Below, in pieces: positions 1 through 9,823 of a stretch of DNA of 64,000 bases; position 1 is the first letter of the stretch; every line of letters starts with the position of its first letter. Below the pieces are notes generated by a model. That model saw only the letters and a program-made list of their open reading frames with translations, did no database searches and was not told where the DNA came from. The DNA comes from a bacterium (GTDB taxonomy: Bacteria; Patescibacteriota; Minisyncoccia; Phycocordibacterales; UBA1550), in the NCBI GenBank assembly GCA_030649835.1, contig JAUSES010000060.1, forward strand, positions 6,411 through 70,410. Reading direction: 5' to 3'. The translations under genes and the position numbers were made by a program.

Positions 1-11
1 AATGGAAGCCG

Positions 12-719
12 GTGATTGAGGAAATAAAGCAAGCTTATATTGAGCATTTCGGCGGAGACCTTCACTCGGTGTACATCAGAGGTTCTGTTGCCAAAGGAGA
101 GGCCGTTGATAATTTGTCAGATGTGGATACCATCGCAATAGTAAATTTACCTAAAGACAAAATTGACTTGAAGTGGAGCGAGAAGTTCAGTACGAAAATA
201 GATTCTAAATATCCATTTGTTAATGGGGTGGAAATAGTAGCAGGAACTCCAGAAGATGCAGTAAGTAAAAACCGTGGCGTACACATTATGTTAAAAACCC
301 AAGCGGTTTGTATTTACGGTGATGATATTTCAGAAAAAATTGGTCCACTGAAACCCGGGAAAGAGTCGGCTCAGCATTTTAGGGGAATTCAGAATGAATT
401 ACTAGATACAGTGGATTTTTTTGAAAATGGATGGGCGGAAAATAATGAAGAGCGAGAAGAAAGATGTTCGTGGATAATGAAGCGAATTTTAAGAACTGGG
501 TTTGAGCTAGTAATGGAGCGCGAGCAAAAATATACTCGGGACCTATATCCTAGTTATGTGAGTTTTGCTAAACATTATCCTTCTAAAAAATACGACATGT
601 ATGAGGCTCTTGAGCTGGCTATGAACCCGATACATGATTCTCGGGTACTTGTGCCGTTCCTCAGACTTTGGATTGGCTGGCTTCCCGGAGAAATAGAGCG
701 GGTTTTCAATTTTAAATAA
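12..719 (+). CDS. Nucleotidyltransferase-domain protein (probably 5'-truncated by the window edge)
   Basis: Pol-beta-like motif YIRGSVAKG...SDVD; the frame stays open to the window start. Confidence 0.75.
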   Translation: MIEEIKQAYIEHFGGDLHSVYIRGSVAKGEAVDNLSDVDTIAIVNLPKDKIDLKWSEKFSTKIDSKYPFVNGVEIVAGTPEDAVSKNRGVHIMLKTQAVCIYGDDISEKIGPLKPGKESAQHFRGIQNELLDTVDFFENGWAENNEEREERCSWIMKRILRTGFELVMEREQKYTRDLYPSYVSFAKHYPSKKYDMYEALELAMNPIHDSRVLVPFLRLWIGWLPGEIERVFNFK

Positions 720-757
720 AAATATTTAGTGATTCGTGACCAAATCTCTCCGCCCCC

Positions 758-813
758 GCCCCATCACAAAACAAAGTCCAAGTCATGACTTGGACTTTGT
801 TTTGTGATGGGGC
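758..813. repeat. Perfect 56-bp palindrome with no loop, between convergent genes
   Basis: GCCCCATCACAAAACAAAGTCCAAGTCA is followed directly by its exact reverse complement. Confidence 0.95.
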
Positions 814-854
814 AGTTCGTCACGTTTTACCGCGCGGAAACTTACTACGGACCG

Positions 855-1751
855 TTACTCTCTCATCCCCCTCAACACCGCAATACGCTCCTCTGCGGGT
901 GGGTGGGTTGAAAAAAGTTTGCTCATGAAGGACATTGCCTTGCCGTCTTTGAGCGGGTTTGAAATGTAGAGATGTGCAGTAGCAGTGCTCACACGCTGGA
1001 GTCCTGTGGGGTAGGAGGCGATTTTCTCAAGAGCGGATGCAAGCCCCTCGGGGTAGCGGGTAAGAAGAGCTCCGGAAGCATCGGCAAGGAATTCTCGTTT
1101 GCGGGAGATGGCGAGCTTGATCAGCTGTGCAACGATAGGTGCGAGAATTGCAAGAACAATGCCGACAATGGCAAGGATCGCACCAAGCCGTCCATCACGG
1201 TTATTCCCACCACCAAAAAATGACATTCTCAAAAACATATCGGAAACAATAGCGATGAATCCCACAAGCACCACCACGACTGTCCCCACCAGTGTGTCTC
1301 TGTTGCCAATGTGTGAAAGCTCGTGCGCAATGACTCCCTCAAGCTCGGTTTTGTTTAAAATCTGGAGAAGCCCTGTCGTGGCTGCGACTGCTGCATGGTC
1401 TTTGTCGCGCCCTGTTGCAAATGCGTTGGGAGATGGGTCGTCTATGACATAAAGCGCAGGCATGGGGAGCCCTGCAGTGATGGAGAGATTTTCTACTGCA
1501 TTCCAGAGGTCAAAGTAGTCCTCGCGTGAAGCTGGCTTTGCGCCAGACATTTTGATAACGAGCGAGTCTGAATACCAGTAGCTCCAAATATTCATCCCAA
1601 TAGCAAAGGCTACACCGACGTAGAGAATCATCGAGTTTTGCATCACCTGACTAAAAACAAAGGTAACTCCAATAACCAGCACCAAAAACGTAGTCATGAG
1701 TAACCACGTCTTCCGCACATTTCTGTCTTGTTGGGTGTATAGAGTTGCCAT
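855..1751 (-). CDS. htpX: Zinc metalloprotease HtpX (M48)
   Basis: PNAFATG, HELSH (HExxH), SRKREFLADA and STHPP motifs; N-terminal TM helices; near lemA. Confidence 0.95.
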   Translation of the reverse strand: MATLYTQQDRNVRKTWLLMTTFLVLVIGVTFVFSQVMQNSMILYVGVAFAIGMNIWSYWYSDSLVIKMSGAKPASREDYFDLWNAVENLSITAGLPMPALYVIDDPSPNAFATGRDKDHAAVAATTGLLQILNKTELEGVIAHELSHIGNRDTLVGTVVVVLVGFIAIVSDMFLRMSFFGGGNNRDGRLGAILAIVGIVLAILAPIVAQLIKLAISRKREFLADASGALLTRYPEGLASALEKIASYPTGLQRVSTATAHLYISNPLKDGKAMSFMSKLFSTHPPAEERIAVLRGMRE

Positions 1752-1794
1752 GTGTAATGCAGGTTTTAGGTGTTAGTTTTTAGGTGTTAGCAGA

Positions 1795-2031
1795 TTATTT
1801 CTTAAATAACTTTAAAAACTGTTCTTTTGTTATCTCCGATTGAGTTAATATGCTGTTGACTATAAAAGGTGGGAGTTCAAATTTGTCATGCCGAGGTATC
1901 GTAACCCTCAAATGCTTTTTACTTAAATGACGAAGGTGTACGTGGCTTCCCGCCTGATGATGAACATAAAATCCCTCTTTCAAAAATACTTTAATTATTT
2001 TCTTTGCCTTCAGCGGAGGAATTTTAGGCAT
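1795..2031 (-). CDS. hicA: HicA-family mRNA interferase toxin
   Basis: GF...QAGSHVHL...VTIPRH motif, 78 aa, paired with HicB. Confidence 0.9.
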   Translation of the reverse strand: MPKIPPLKAKKIIKVFLKEGFYVHHQAGSHVHLRHLSKKHLRVTIPRHDKFELPPFIVNSILTQSEITKEQFLKLFKK

Positions 2032-2037
2032 AGAAAA

Positions 2038-2304
2038 TTAGTGTGCAAAGGAACGACCCAAAGACACCGTAACACGTTCCTGAAGCATTGATTTTTCCAT
2101 TGGAATTTCTTCCTTGTCTTTTTTGAGAGCTTCCAAATGACACAAAATAGCATCACGAGACATTTCTTTTGCTTCCTCAAATGTCCTGCCATATGTAACA
2201 AGCCCAGAGAGCGACGGTACAATTGCCTGATAGCCACCTTCTTTTATCGGCTCATAAATCACTGTGAATGAATATTCCGTTGTTGAAATTTGCTTTGCTT
2301 TCAT
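2038..2304 (-). CDS. hicB: HicB-family antitoxin
   Basis: EGGYQAIVPSLSGLVTYGRTFEEAKEM...AI motif. Confidence 0.9.
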   Translation of the reverse strand: MKAKQISTTEYSFTVIYEPIKEGGYQAIVPSLSGLVTYGRTFEEAKEMSRDAILCHLEALKKDKEEIPMEKSMLQERVTVSLGRSFAH

Positions 2305-2369
2305 ACCTATATATTATCAATTTTTCTGTTAAAAATCAATTTGTTTTATTATGGCCAAACGAGATTCTG

Positions 2370-3209
2370 CTATCTTAAATCGTACGACATATCGCCTATT
2401 TTTTCAAACTTAAATCTATCCAATTTCTCGCCCAATAAATCTTCAAGTGCTATTGCCATATTAAATTCTTTTTCTAATTTTTCAAAATTATTTGTAACAC
2501 CGTCGATAAAAATTATTATCTCTTGTTTAACAAGCTCGACATCGTAAGAGAAGCCACTGTCTAGTACTTTTGCGAACACATCAGGAGTAAATATTTCTAA
2601 AGCTTCTGTTTCGTATTTTCGCTGCGCTGACAAGACGAACTTTTTATCAAAATCTGAATGTATCGGAATTCTCTCCCCGGTATTTATGCTGTAGGAATTG
2701 TGCCTATTGTTCAAATATATATGCGGAAACGAACCGTTAAATTTAAAAGCAAAAACTGTGTATGGGTAAACTCTTTGATATTTACCCGAACCAACGGTAA
2801 ACATAAAATTGAACATTCTGAATTTCCTTCCATCTACCACTCCTTCAATATGTCTAGATATTGTTCCACTATGCCCCTGTCGAAACATTACTCCAACCTC
2901 ATCCTTGGGATTACGGCTCATTTCATATTCTCACCCATTAACCTCAGCAACTTTTATCCAAAATGAGGTCACCGCCTTACTCTGTAACCACAATAGATAT
3001 GTAAGAGGAAAAAGAATTGGCCAAAAATCAATTATAAAGAGCCCAAACTGATCCATTCTTTCAATCGAATCCACCGTTATCAATAACGATGCGAAAATGA
3101 AAAAAACCGAGATTAACAAAATAATCCAAAAAAGCCAGCTTACACTAGCTTTCGTCCAGACCTCATGCATCAAGCTTGCACCTTCCGGTTTTAGAATCCT
3201 ATAAGCCAT
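2370..3209 (-). pseudogene. Membrane hypothetical protein split by an in-frame TGA
   Basis: ORFs 2931-3209 and 2370-2921 are in the same frame and read ...EVNG*EYEMSR; TGA at 2931-2933 is probably a mutated TGG. Confidence 0.6.
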
Positions 3210-3232
3210 GAATATTGTTGGCTTAAATAAAC

Positions 3233-3790
3233 CTAGAAACTAACTTTTACTGGCTCTTTTGCGGCGGAGTTTTCGTCGAGGTCGAAGAATTCTTGTTTTG
3301 CGAAATTGAACATTGACGCAATGATATTGCCCGGGAATGACTCGATACTGGTGTTCAAATCGCGAACATTGCCGTTGTAGAAGCGACGTGCGGCTTGGAT
3401 TTTGTTTTCGGTGTCAGAAAGCTCTGCTTGAAGTGAGAGGAAGTTTTGATTTGCTTTCAAATCTGGGTACGCTTCGGAAACTGCAAAAAGGCTTTTCAAG
3501 GCTCCCGTGAGCATGTTTTCCGATGCAGCGTGTTCTGCGGGAGTTCCTGCCTGCATTGCTTGTGAGCGCGCTTTGGTTACATTTTCAAACACACTGCTCT
3601 CGTGCTTTGCGTATCCTTTTACTGCCTCCATGAGGTTGGGAATAAGGTCATAGCGACGCTTGAGCTGAACGTCAATATCCGCCCACGCCTCTTGTGTGCG
3701 ATTTACCAATGCAACAAAACCGTTGTAAGCAACAATAGCCCATAAAACGATAACTGCGAGAATGCCTAATATAATGTATGTAGTGGTCAT
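3233..3790 (-). CDS. lemA: LemA family protein
   Basis: AWADIDVQLKRRYDLIPNL, EAYPDLKAN and RRFYN...FP motifs. Confidence 0.97.
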   Translation of the reverse strand: MTTTYIILGILAVIVLWAIVAYNGFVALVNRTQEAWADIDVQLKRRYDLIPNLMEAVKGYAKHESSVFENVTKARSQAMQAGTPAEHAASENMLTGALKSLFAVSEAYPDLKANQNFLSLQAELSDTENKIQAARRFYNGNVRDLNTSIESFPGNIIASMFNFAKQEFFDLDENSAAKEPVKVSF

Positions 3791-4191
3791 GGTGAATATT
3801 TAAAAACTAATAATTTGATAGCTATATTATAGCACGTGTGGCGCACTAAAAACAAATGGTTGTCTAACCGCCACCCACTTTTGCAGTGACAAGGGAGGAG
3901 TTTGGATTTGTTGGTGGGGCACTTATTATTATTCATTTTTTCTTTTTTTGAGTTTGTGGTTCATCTGCGTTGGTATCCGTACTTCTTCCAGAATATCAGT
4001 ATTGTTGCCCGCTTTTGTGCTTATTCGGTAATCATATGCAAATAAGTTTACGGCCAAGCAGTGAATTTACTAATTCGCAGGCGGTCAGCAAGAATACCAG
4101 ACCCTCTAATTCCTTTTTTTGATTGAATATCCTCATTTCTTTGGTTTCCCAAAGACTGCAATATGTATGTGAGGTTATGCGGTGAACTTAT

Positions 4192-4434
4192 TCACTTATT
4201 CAAATATTGATCTTCGCCCGGAATTGATAATATTTTACCCGGGCTATGATGCCCCGAGATAATTCGTATTTGTTTTGAGTCGATTCTAAAATGAAGCGCT
4301 ACTAGCTCGAGAATTCGTCTGTTTGCTAGGTTTTGCAGAGCTGGCTCCTTTACCGACACAAAGAAGGAGTCTTTTGCGCTTTGCACAAATGTTTCCTTTT
4401 TCGCTCCAGCGGTTACTCGGACTCTGATATACAT
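4192..4434 (-). CDS. DUF167/YggU family protein
   Basis: IRVRVTAGAKK...VKEPA...AN...IISGHHS.GK; likely start at MYIRV. Confidence 0.85.
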   Translation of the reverse strand: MYIRVRVTAGAKKETFVQSAKDSFFVSVKEPALQNLANRRILELVALHFRIDSKQIRIISGHHSPGKILSIPGEDQYLNK

Positions 4435-4468
4435 GTTTGTTATTTGTTCCCCCTGTCTCAAATATTCC

Positions 4469-5902
4469 CTATATCACCTCCACCATGATCATATTTGTTC
4501 CTCCAATGTGCCCAAAGGGTACTCCCGCTGCAACCACCACCTTGTCGCCTTTTTTTGCAAGCTTGTGCTTGAGGACATACGTTCGCACTACCTTCATAAC
4601 ATCAAGTACATTCGAAAAATGATCAATGCGCACGGGGAAACATCCGAAAACAAGCTCTAGTTGTCGGACAATATACCCCTTTGGGCTCATAGCGATAACC
4701 GTCTGCGCAGGGCGGTATCGCGACACCATGCGTGCTGTGAGACCTGACTCAGAGAGTGCGATTATTACCTTTGCACCCACTGCAGACGCCGTACTCACCA
4801 CCGAAAAGGTTACCGCGTCTACCACATCTTTACGATGTGCACTCTCGTTGCTTTCATGAACGGGGGTATTTCCGTAGAGCGCCTCGCGGTGTGGATAATT
4901 TTTTTCAGCTATGTTTGCGACATCAGACATCATTTTTACGGTCTCAACGGGGTACTCACCGAGGGCACTTTCCTCAGAAAGCATCACAGCGTCAGCGCCG
5001 TCTAAAATGGAGTTTGCCACGTCAGACACTTCTGCGCGGGTCGGTACTGGAGATTTTATCATTGACTCCATCATTTGGGTCGCTACGATCACTGGTTTTC
5101 CCGCAATGTTACATTTCTCAATGATCATTTTCTGTAAAATCGGTACTTCTTGTGCGGGCACTTCCACCGCCAAATCCCCACGAGCAACCATCACTCCATC
5201 TGCCTCTCTAATAATTGCGTCAATGTTCTGAATGGCTTCGTCTGTTTCAATCTTTGCAATAATTTTTACTGTTGATCTTGCTTTTGTGAGAATTGCGCGA
5301 AGCTCACGAATATCAGAAGCGCGACGAACAAAAGAAAGTGCAATGTAGTCAACTCGATGCTCAACACCAAATACAATATCTTCTTTATCTTTTGGTGTGA
5401 GGCAACTAATCTTTAGCGAGACGCCGGGAAGGTTGACCCCCCTACGCCCTTTAGTTTCGCCACCTACTATCACCCGACATTTTATTTCACTACCCATGAC
5501 ACTGAGAACCTCCAAACGTTTTTTACCATCATCAAGAAGGATAGAGTCCCCCTCTTTTATCTCTTTTGTAAGCGCGGGATAATTCACAAATGCCCTTGTC
5601 TCATCTCCAACACATGCTTTTGTGGTGAGCGTAAAGGTGCTTCCCTTTTTAAGAATCACACTGTCCTTATAAAAACCCCCAATGCGAATTTTGGGGCCAG
5701 ACAGGTCCTGCAATATCGCAGTAGGTGTCCCGAGCTTCTCAGCAACTTTGCGAATGTTCCTTACTTTTTCAAAATGCTCCTCGTGTGTGCCATGGGAAAA
5801 GTTTAGTCTGCAGACATTCATCCCAGCCTTCACTAGCTTGGTAAGCATTATCTCACTGTCAGATGCTGGCCCTATGGTTGCGACGATTTTTGTCTTTTTC
5901 AT
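4469..5902 (-). CDS. pyk: Pyruvate kinase
   Basis: KTKIVATIGPAS, RLNFSHG, MVARGDL, ATQMMESM, DAVMLSEE. Confidence 0.99.
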   Translation of the reverse strand: MKKTKIVATIGPASDSEIMLTKLVKAGMNVCRLNFSHGTHEEHFEKVRNIRKVAEKLGTPTAILQDLSGPKIRIGGFYKDSVILKKGSTFTLTTKACVGDETRAFVNYPALTKEIKEGDSILLDDGKKRLEVLSVMGSEIKCRVIVGGETKGRRGVNLPGVSLKISCLTPKDKEDIVFGVEHRVDYIALSFVRRASDIRELRAILTKARSTVKIIAKIETDEAIQNIDAIIREADGVMVARGDLAVEVPAQEVPILQKMIIEKCNIAGKPVIVATQMMESMIKSPVPTRAEVSDVANSILDGADAVMLSEESALGEYPVETVKMMSDVANIAEKNYPHREALYGNTPVHESNESAHRKDVVDAVTFSVVSTASAVGAKVIIALSESGLTARMVSRYRPAQTVIAMSPKGYIVRQLELVFGCFPVRIDHFSNVLDVMKVVRTYVLKHKLAKKGDKVVVAAGVPFGHIGGTNMIMVEVI

Positions 5903-6128
5903 CCCGTTAGAGGTAGGAAATTGATCCCGTTAGAAGTGGCGTCACGCTGCGTTACCTCGCGACTTCTAATGGGACAAGTTTCCGTAGTTAATTATTATCT
6001 AATAAGCATACAAACTTTATATTTTATTTACCCGCTAGATTCTCCTCAAAACTGAGTCCCACCCGCCATCACTTGAGCACAACTTTTTGCTGTGTTCTGG
6101 CGAAAGTGGGCGGGGACCTCTAACGGGA
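5902..6128. mobile_element. MITE-like element (TCCCGTTAGAGGT family) inserted at the pyk start codon
   Basis: 13-bp TIRs TCCCGTTAGAGGT/ACCTCTAACGGGA; TTCA duplicated at 5898-5901 and 6129-6132; 81 bp identical to the copy at 21444. Confidence 0.85.
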
Positions 6129-6311
6129 TTCATTGTCGTGTTTGAATTTGAATTGTAAGAACGTATTATATCAAAATTTTGCATTTTCCCCAAGTTTTGC
6201 TATTATGCATTTTGTATTCTGCGTAGCCGAATCAGCTGATTCACATCTTGGATGAAAGCTTGGCCAAAATCGTGGCAATTCCAATCTGCTATTAGTAGAA
6301 TCAAAACATAT

Positions 6312-6386
6312 TCCGCGGTAGCTCAGTGGTAGAGCAAGCGACTGTTAATCGCTTGGTCGTAGGTTCGATCCCTACCCGCGGAGCCA
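6312..6386 (+). tRNA. tRNA-Asn (GTT)
   Basis: Cloverleaf: TCCGCGG acceptor stem, GCTCAGTGGTAGAGC D-arm, AGCGA-CTGTTAA-TCGCT anticodon arm, GGTTCGATCC T-loop, ends GCCA. Confidence 0.98.
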
Positions 6387-8084
6387 GTTAGGACGAGAGA
6401 GCTCGAAAGGGCTCTTTTGTCGTTTAAGGGCAACGCTATTTCTAGGTTCGAGCGCATCAATAAGTGCTTTTTGCTCTCTCATCTCATTTTCTATCAGTAA
6501 ATATGGATGAAGCTTATCAATAGTGAGTATTTTGTCCTTCAAAATTAGGTTCGAGCCAATCGTAGAAAATATCTCTCTTTTCTTTCGAAGATCCGGTTTA
6601 TTAAATTGATCTCTTGCGAAAGTGCAGAAATTAAACACGCGCTCGGCAATTTCAAGATCACCGTCGAGCTTCTCTTTGGTTCCTCCCATTTGTTTTTCTA
6701 TTGCTGTCCTTTGAGCAATAATCTCTTTTTTCTGCTCTTTGAATTCCTCAGGCGTGTATATTTCGTATTTTGAATTCAGTGGTGAGGAAAATTCTCTACT
6801 TATATTCACGAGCCGTGTCTGACAATCATCGTAAGAGGACTGCAAGGACATGCGAACCGCTTTTTCTTCCCCGCCAGAGTTCTTTTGTTTGTCTTGCAAA
6901 TATTCAAGCGCAAGCTCAAGATATTCTCGATCAATCGTAATATCCCCAAGAATCTTGTCGAACTGTGATTCAAGGTCTTCGAGCTTAATGTATTTTTGAG
7001 AACAGTTTTTATTCTTTTTCTTTGTGCAATGATAATACACATAGTTCAAAACCTTCGGGCTCTCCATGTCTGAAATATCAATCGCACATTTAGGGCACGC
7101 GGTACGATTCACATTAGAAAATTTATACTTGCATGCTGAGCAAATTATCTGATTCTTTTCTTCGGCGGTAATAGTAGAATCACACTCACCGCAACGCATA
7201 AGCCCCGTGAAAGCAAACTCTCGCGTTTGTGGTTGAGGCTTTCCATTTTTCCCAAGAAGAACTTGCGCTCTTTTATATTCTTTTTCTGTAATCATCGCCG
7301 GGTGATTCCCTTTAACCATCTTTACTTCACCCGTATCCGGGTCCGTCCATGGATAATAGCCATAGTAGAAAGTATCCTTAAAAATATTATACATATGGCT
7401 CATTGTCGGCGGATTACCTCCAATTTTTCTATGTTTTAAGGTTGTTAGACCCCATTCGGTAATTGCTATCTCGCGTATTTTTGAAACAGAATAAGTGCCC
7501 GTGAGGAATAGGTCCCACATTTTACGAACGAGCTCAAAACGCTCCGGATCTAGTGCAATAGTTTTATTTCCTTTTTCTGTACCTACATTCAAGTAACCTA
7601 TCGGGCCACCTGAGGGTCTCCATCCACGCATAGCTTTGCTATTTAATCCACGCTTCACATTCTTAGACAAGCGCATCACATAGTCAGTAGCACGCCCTCC
7701 TTCGATACTCATGAGCAATCCAGCATCTTCAGGATAGTAAGAGCGCCCGGGGGTCTTTATGACCTTAATGACTCCCTTCTGAAGCATCCACTGCAACCGT
7801 CCGTTGTCTATGGGGTTTCGAGAAAGACGGTCAATATCCCAACATAAAAGAGCGTTCGCTTCTCCTTTTTCAATTCTGTTTAACACATCATTGAAAATCG
7901 GTCGCCCTGGATCCTTCGCACTTTTTTCTTCAGTGAACGGGTCTCTCGCCAAGCTCAACTGCTCACGCTCTGCAACCTGCTTAAGCGCATTAGTTTGATC
8001 GCCAATAGAAGCAACTTGACGCTGAGAATCCTCAGAGCTCTTGCGACAGTATGCGAAGTACTTTAGCTTTTCATTTTTGTGCAT
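6372..8084 (-). CDS. Large serine recombinase (resolvase + recombinase + Zn-ribbon + coiled coil); 3' end overlaps tRNA-Asn
   Basis: YCRKSSED catalytic motif, DRLSRN, G..PIGY, GLMRCGEC, YYHC; likely start MHKNEK at 8084. Confidence 0.95.
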   Translation of the reverse strand: MHKNEKLKYFAYCRKSSEDSQRQVASIGDQTNALKQVAEREQLSLARDPFTEEKSAKDPGRPIFNDVLNRIEKGEANALLCWDIDRLSRNPIDNGRLQWMLQKGVIKVIKTPGRSYYPEDAGLLMSIEGGRATDYVMRLSKNVKRGLNSKAMRGWRPSGGPIGYLNVGTEKGNKTIALDPERFELVRKMWDLFLTGTYSVSKIREIAITEWGLTTLKHRKIGGNPPTMSHMYNIFKDTFYYGYYPWTDPDTGEVKMVKGNHPAMITEKEYKRAQVLLGKNGKPQPQTREFAFTGLMRCGECDSTITAEEKNQIICSACKYKFSNVNRTACPKCAIDISDMESPKVLNYVYYHCTKKKNKNCSQKYIKLEDLESQFDKILGDITIDREYLELALEYLQDKQKNSGGEEKAVRMSLQSSYDDCQTRLVNISREFSSPLNSKYEIYTPEEFKEQKKEIIAQRTAIEKQMGGTKEKLDGDLEIAERVFNFCTFARDQFNKPDLRKKREIFSTIGSNLILKDKILTIDKLHPYLLIENEMREQKALIDALEPRNSVALKRQKSPFELSRPNWLRG

Positions 8085-8364
8085 AAAATAATCTACTTGT
8101 ACTATCCATTGTATCATCTTCGTAGCCATAAAGCATTGGTCTCAAATTTTGAGTTTCGCACTTTCTTACCAATCTTTTTACACTCATTAATTCCCTGAAT
8201 CTTTCTTTTCCAAATTCACCATGTTGCGCTTTTAACAACTGTTTAACAGATTTTTCACCTTCTTCACCCAAATATAATATTCTACATATTGCACATTCTA
8301 TTATTCCACTTTCATTAACTTTAGGATCATGAGTATGTTTGTCCCCTTCGCAATTTTTGACCAT
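8071..8364 (-). CDS. Small hypothetical protein upstream of the recombinase
   Basis: 97-aa ORF with a CxxC (CAIC) that overlaps the recombinase start; function unknown. Confidence 0.45.
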   Translation of the reverse strand: MVKNCEGDKHTHDPKVNESGIIECAICRILYLGEEGEKSVKQLLKAQHGEFGKERFRELMSVKRLVRKCETQNLRPMLYGYEDDTMDSTSRLFYAQK

Positions 8365-8542
8365 ATAAAGGTCAATGTCTTCGATTGAATTAATTGCCTT
8401 GATTATATTATTTTCATATGATTCGTACCTATTTTCTTGGTAATTTTCTTAATTAGTAATATACACTTGCCGAGTTACCGCCTTATAGCCAAGAAGACAC
8501 AAAGCTTACTCAGCAAAACGGCAACACATTTATTAACTGCTA

Positions 8543-9647
8543 CTAAAATGGTTCATCTTCATTTATCACTAAGGATTCCTGTGGCTCTTTGGGCATAAAG
8601 CAGAAGTTTTCTTTCCCATGTTTCGCTGTATCAATTTTCCCTTCATTAACTAGTTCCCTGAGAGCGACTTGAACATTCTTTGACCCAGCTACTTTCTTTA
8701 GTATTTCAGTCATTTCTCTCTTGGTTTTTCCGCCATCAGGAAGAATCTCAAGTATTCTCTCTTTTGCTTCCTCTTTTTTGTTTTCTTGGTCCTCAATTGC
8801 TCCACCATAACTAAGAATCGTTTGAACCCCATCGGACCCTTCCTGGTCTTTTATAATCGCCTTGAAGGGGTCTATTTCCTTCGTAAGGCGATTCTTTCGC
8901 TGGTATATGTCTATCTTCTTCTCCTCCTGGCTCACTCTTCAGCATAAGCAATATTTCCACTGAGGCGGTTTTATCAGTTGAGCCAAACAAAAATTCCTTC
9001 TTTGGAACCTTGCCCTCGAAATTGCTTGGCTTGCGGAAGTGGTCCAAGAATACAACAGCGACACCTTTATCTTTGAGGACTTTGAGGCGGTTGAAGAAAG
9101 TTCTAATTTCATCTGCTTTTTCCTCCTTAATTCCACCCGACACTGCCCTAAAAGTATCTAGAAAAACAACTTTTATTTCGTAATACTCAATAACATTTAG
9201 AAGCCACTGCACCCCTTCGTTCGTATTGAGATTTAATTCTGTATCACTGTAAACTAAAATCTTTTTATTGCTCTCGTCAAAGCCTAGCTGTCTTCCTCTG
9301 CGCTGTGCCTCACTCTGAGACATTTCCATGTCAACATACAGAACATTGGACGCTTCGGTTTTGAACTCCTCGCGTCCAAGAAAATCAATTCCAAGGGCAA
9401 TACATCTAGCCATATCCATCGCAAGCCAGGTTTTCTTTTCTCCTGTAACAGAGGCTAGGATGACAAAACCTTCGCAAGGGATTAGGCCCTGAACCAACCA
9501 CCTTCTCTCTGGGAATTTTTTATTTCCTAGAGTTGTCCAGCTCATCGGCTCAAAGAACGGCTTCTCAATCTCTCTATCAATCTCCCTCATTTCTGAGCTT
9601 TCATTCCTTTCCTCCGCAAACTCCTTAAATGTTTTCTCTTCGTTCAT
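8543..9647 (-). pseudogene. AAA_25/RepA-like helicase with C-terminal winged helix, frameshifted near 8915
   Basis: WLVQGLIP, degenerate Walker A (ASVTGEKKT), VLYVDME, VVFLD, DHFRK; removing 1 nt near 8915 joins KSEPGGEE to IDIYQRKNR of ORF 8543-8935. Confidence 0.75.
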
Positions 9648-9816
9648 AACTTTTAGGCAATGTTATTTTATTAATATCAAGACTGCTTGTCACCGCCCCA
9701 ATAAGGCAAACAAGATTTTCGAAATACTCAAAAGCTTGTGCATCAGAGATGACCGTTTTGTTCTTAGCTTCGTAAAGCTCCTTGAATTTTTTGAGATAAG
9801 TATTTTTATCAACCAT
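9625..9816 (-). CDS. Small hypothetical protein overlapping the helicase start
   Basis: MVDKNTYLKKFKELYE...ISDAQAFEYFENLV; translational coupling inferred from the overlap. Confidence 0.6.
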   Translation of the reverse strand: MVDKNTYLKKFKELYEAKNKTVISDAQAFEYFENLVCLIGAVTSSLDINKITLPKSYERRENI

Positions 9817-9823
9817 AAAATAA

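Noticed and set aside
972-1452. Antisense ORFs over htpX, and similar ones over pyk, mgtA, the ABC genes and the kinase
   Set aside because: Shadow frames of well-supported genes on the opposite strand.
2931-2933. TGA recoding (genetic code 4 or 25)
   Set aside because: Long conserved genes are uninterrupted under code 11, use TGG for Trp, and several end in TGA.
3800-4190. Possible small gene or RNA upstream of lemA
   Set aside because: Only very short ORFs and no convincing structure.
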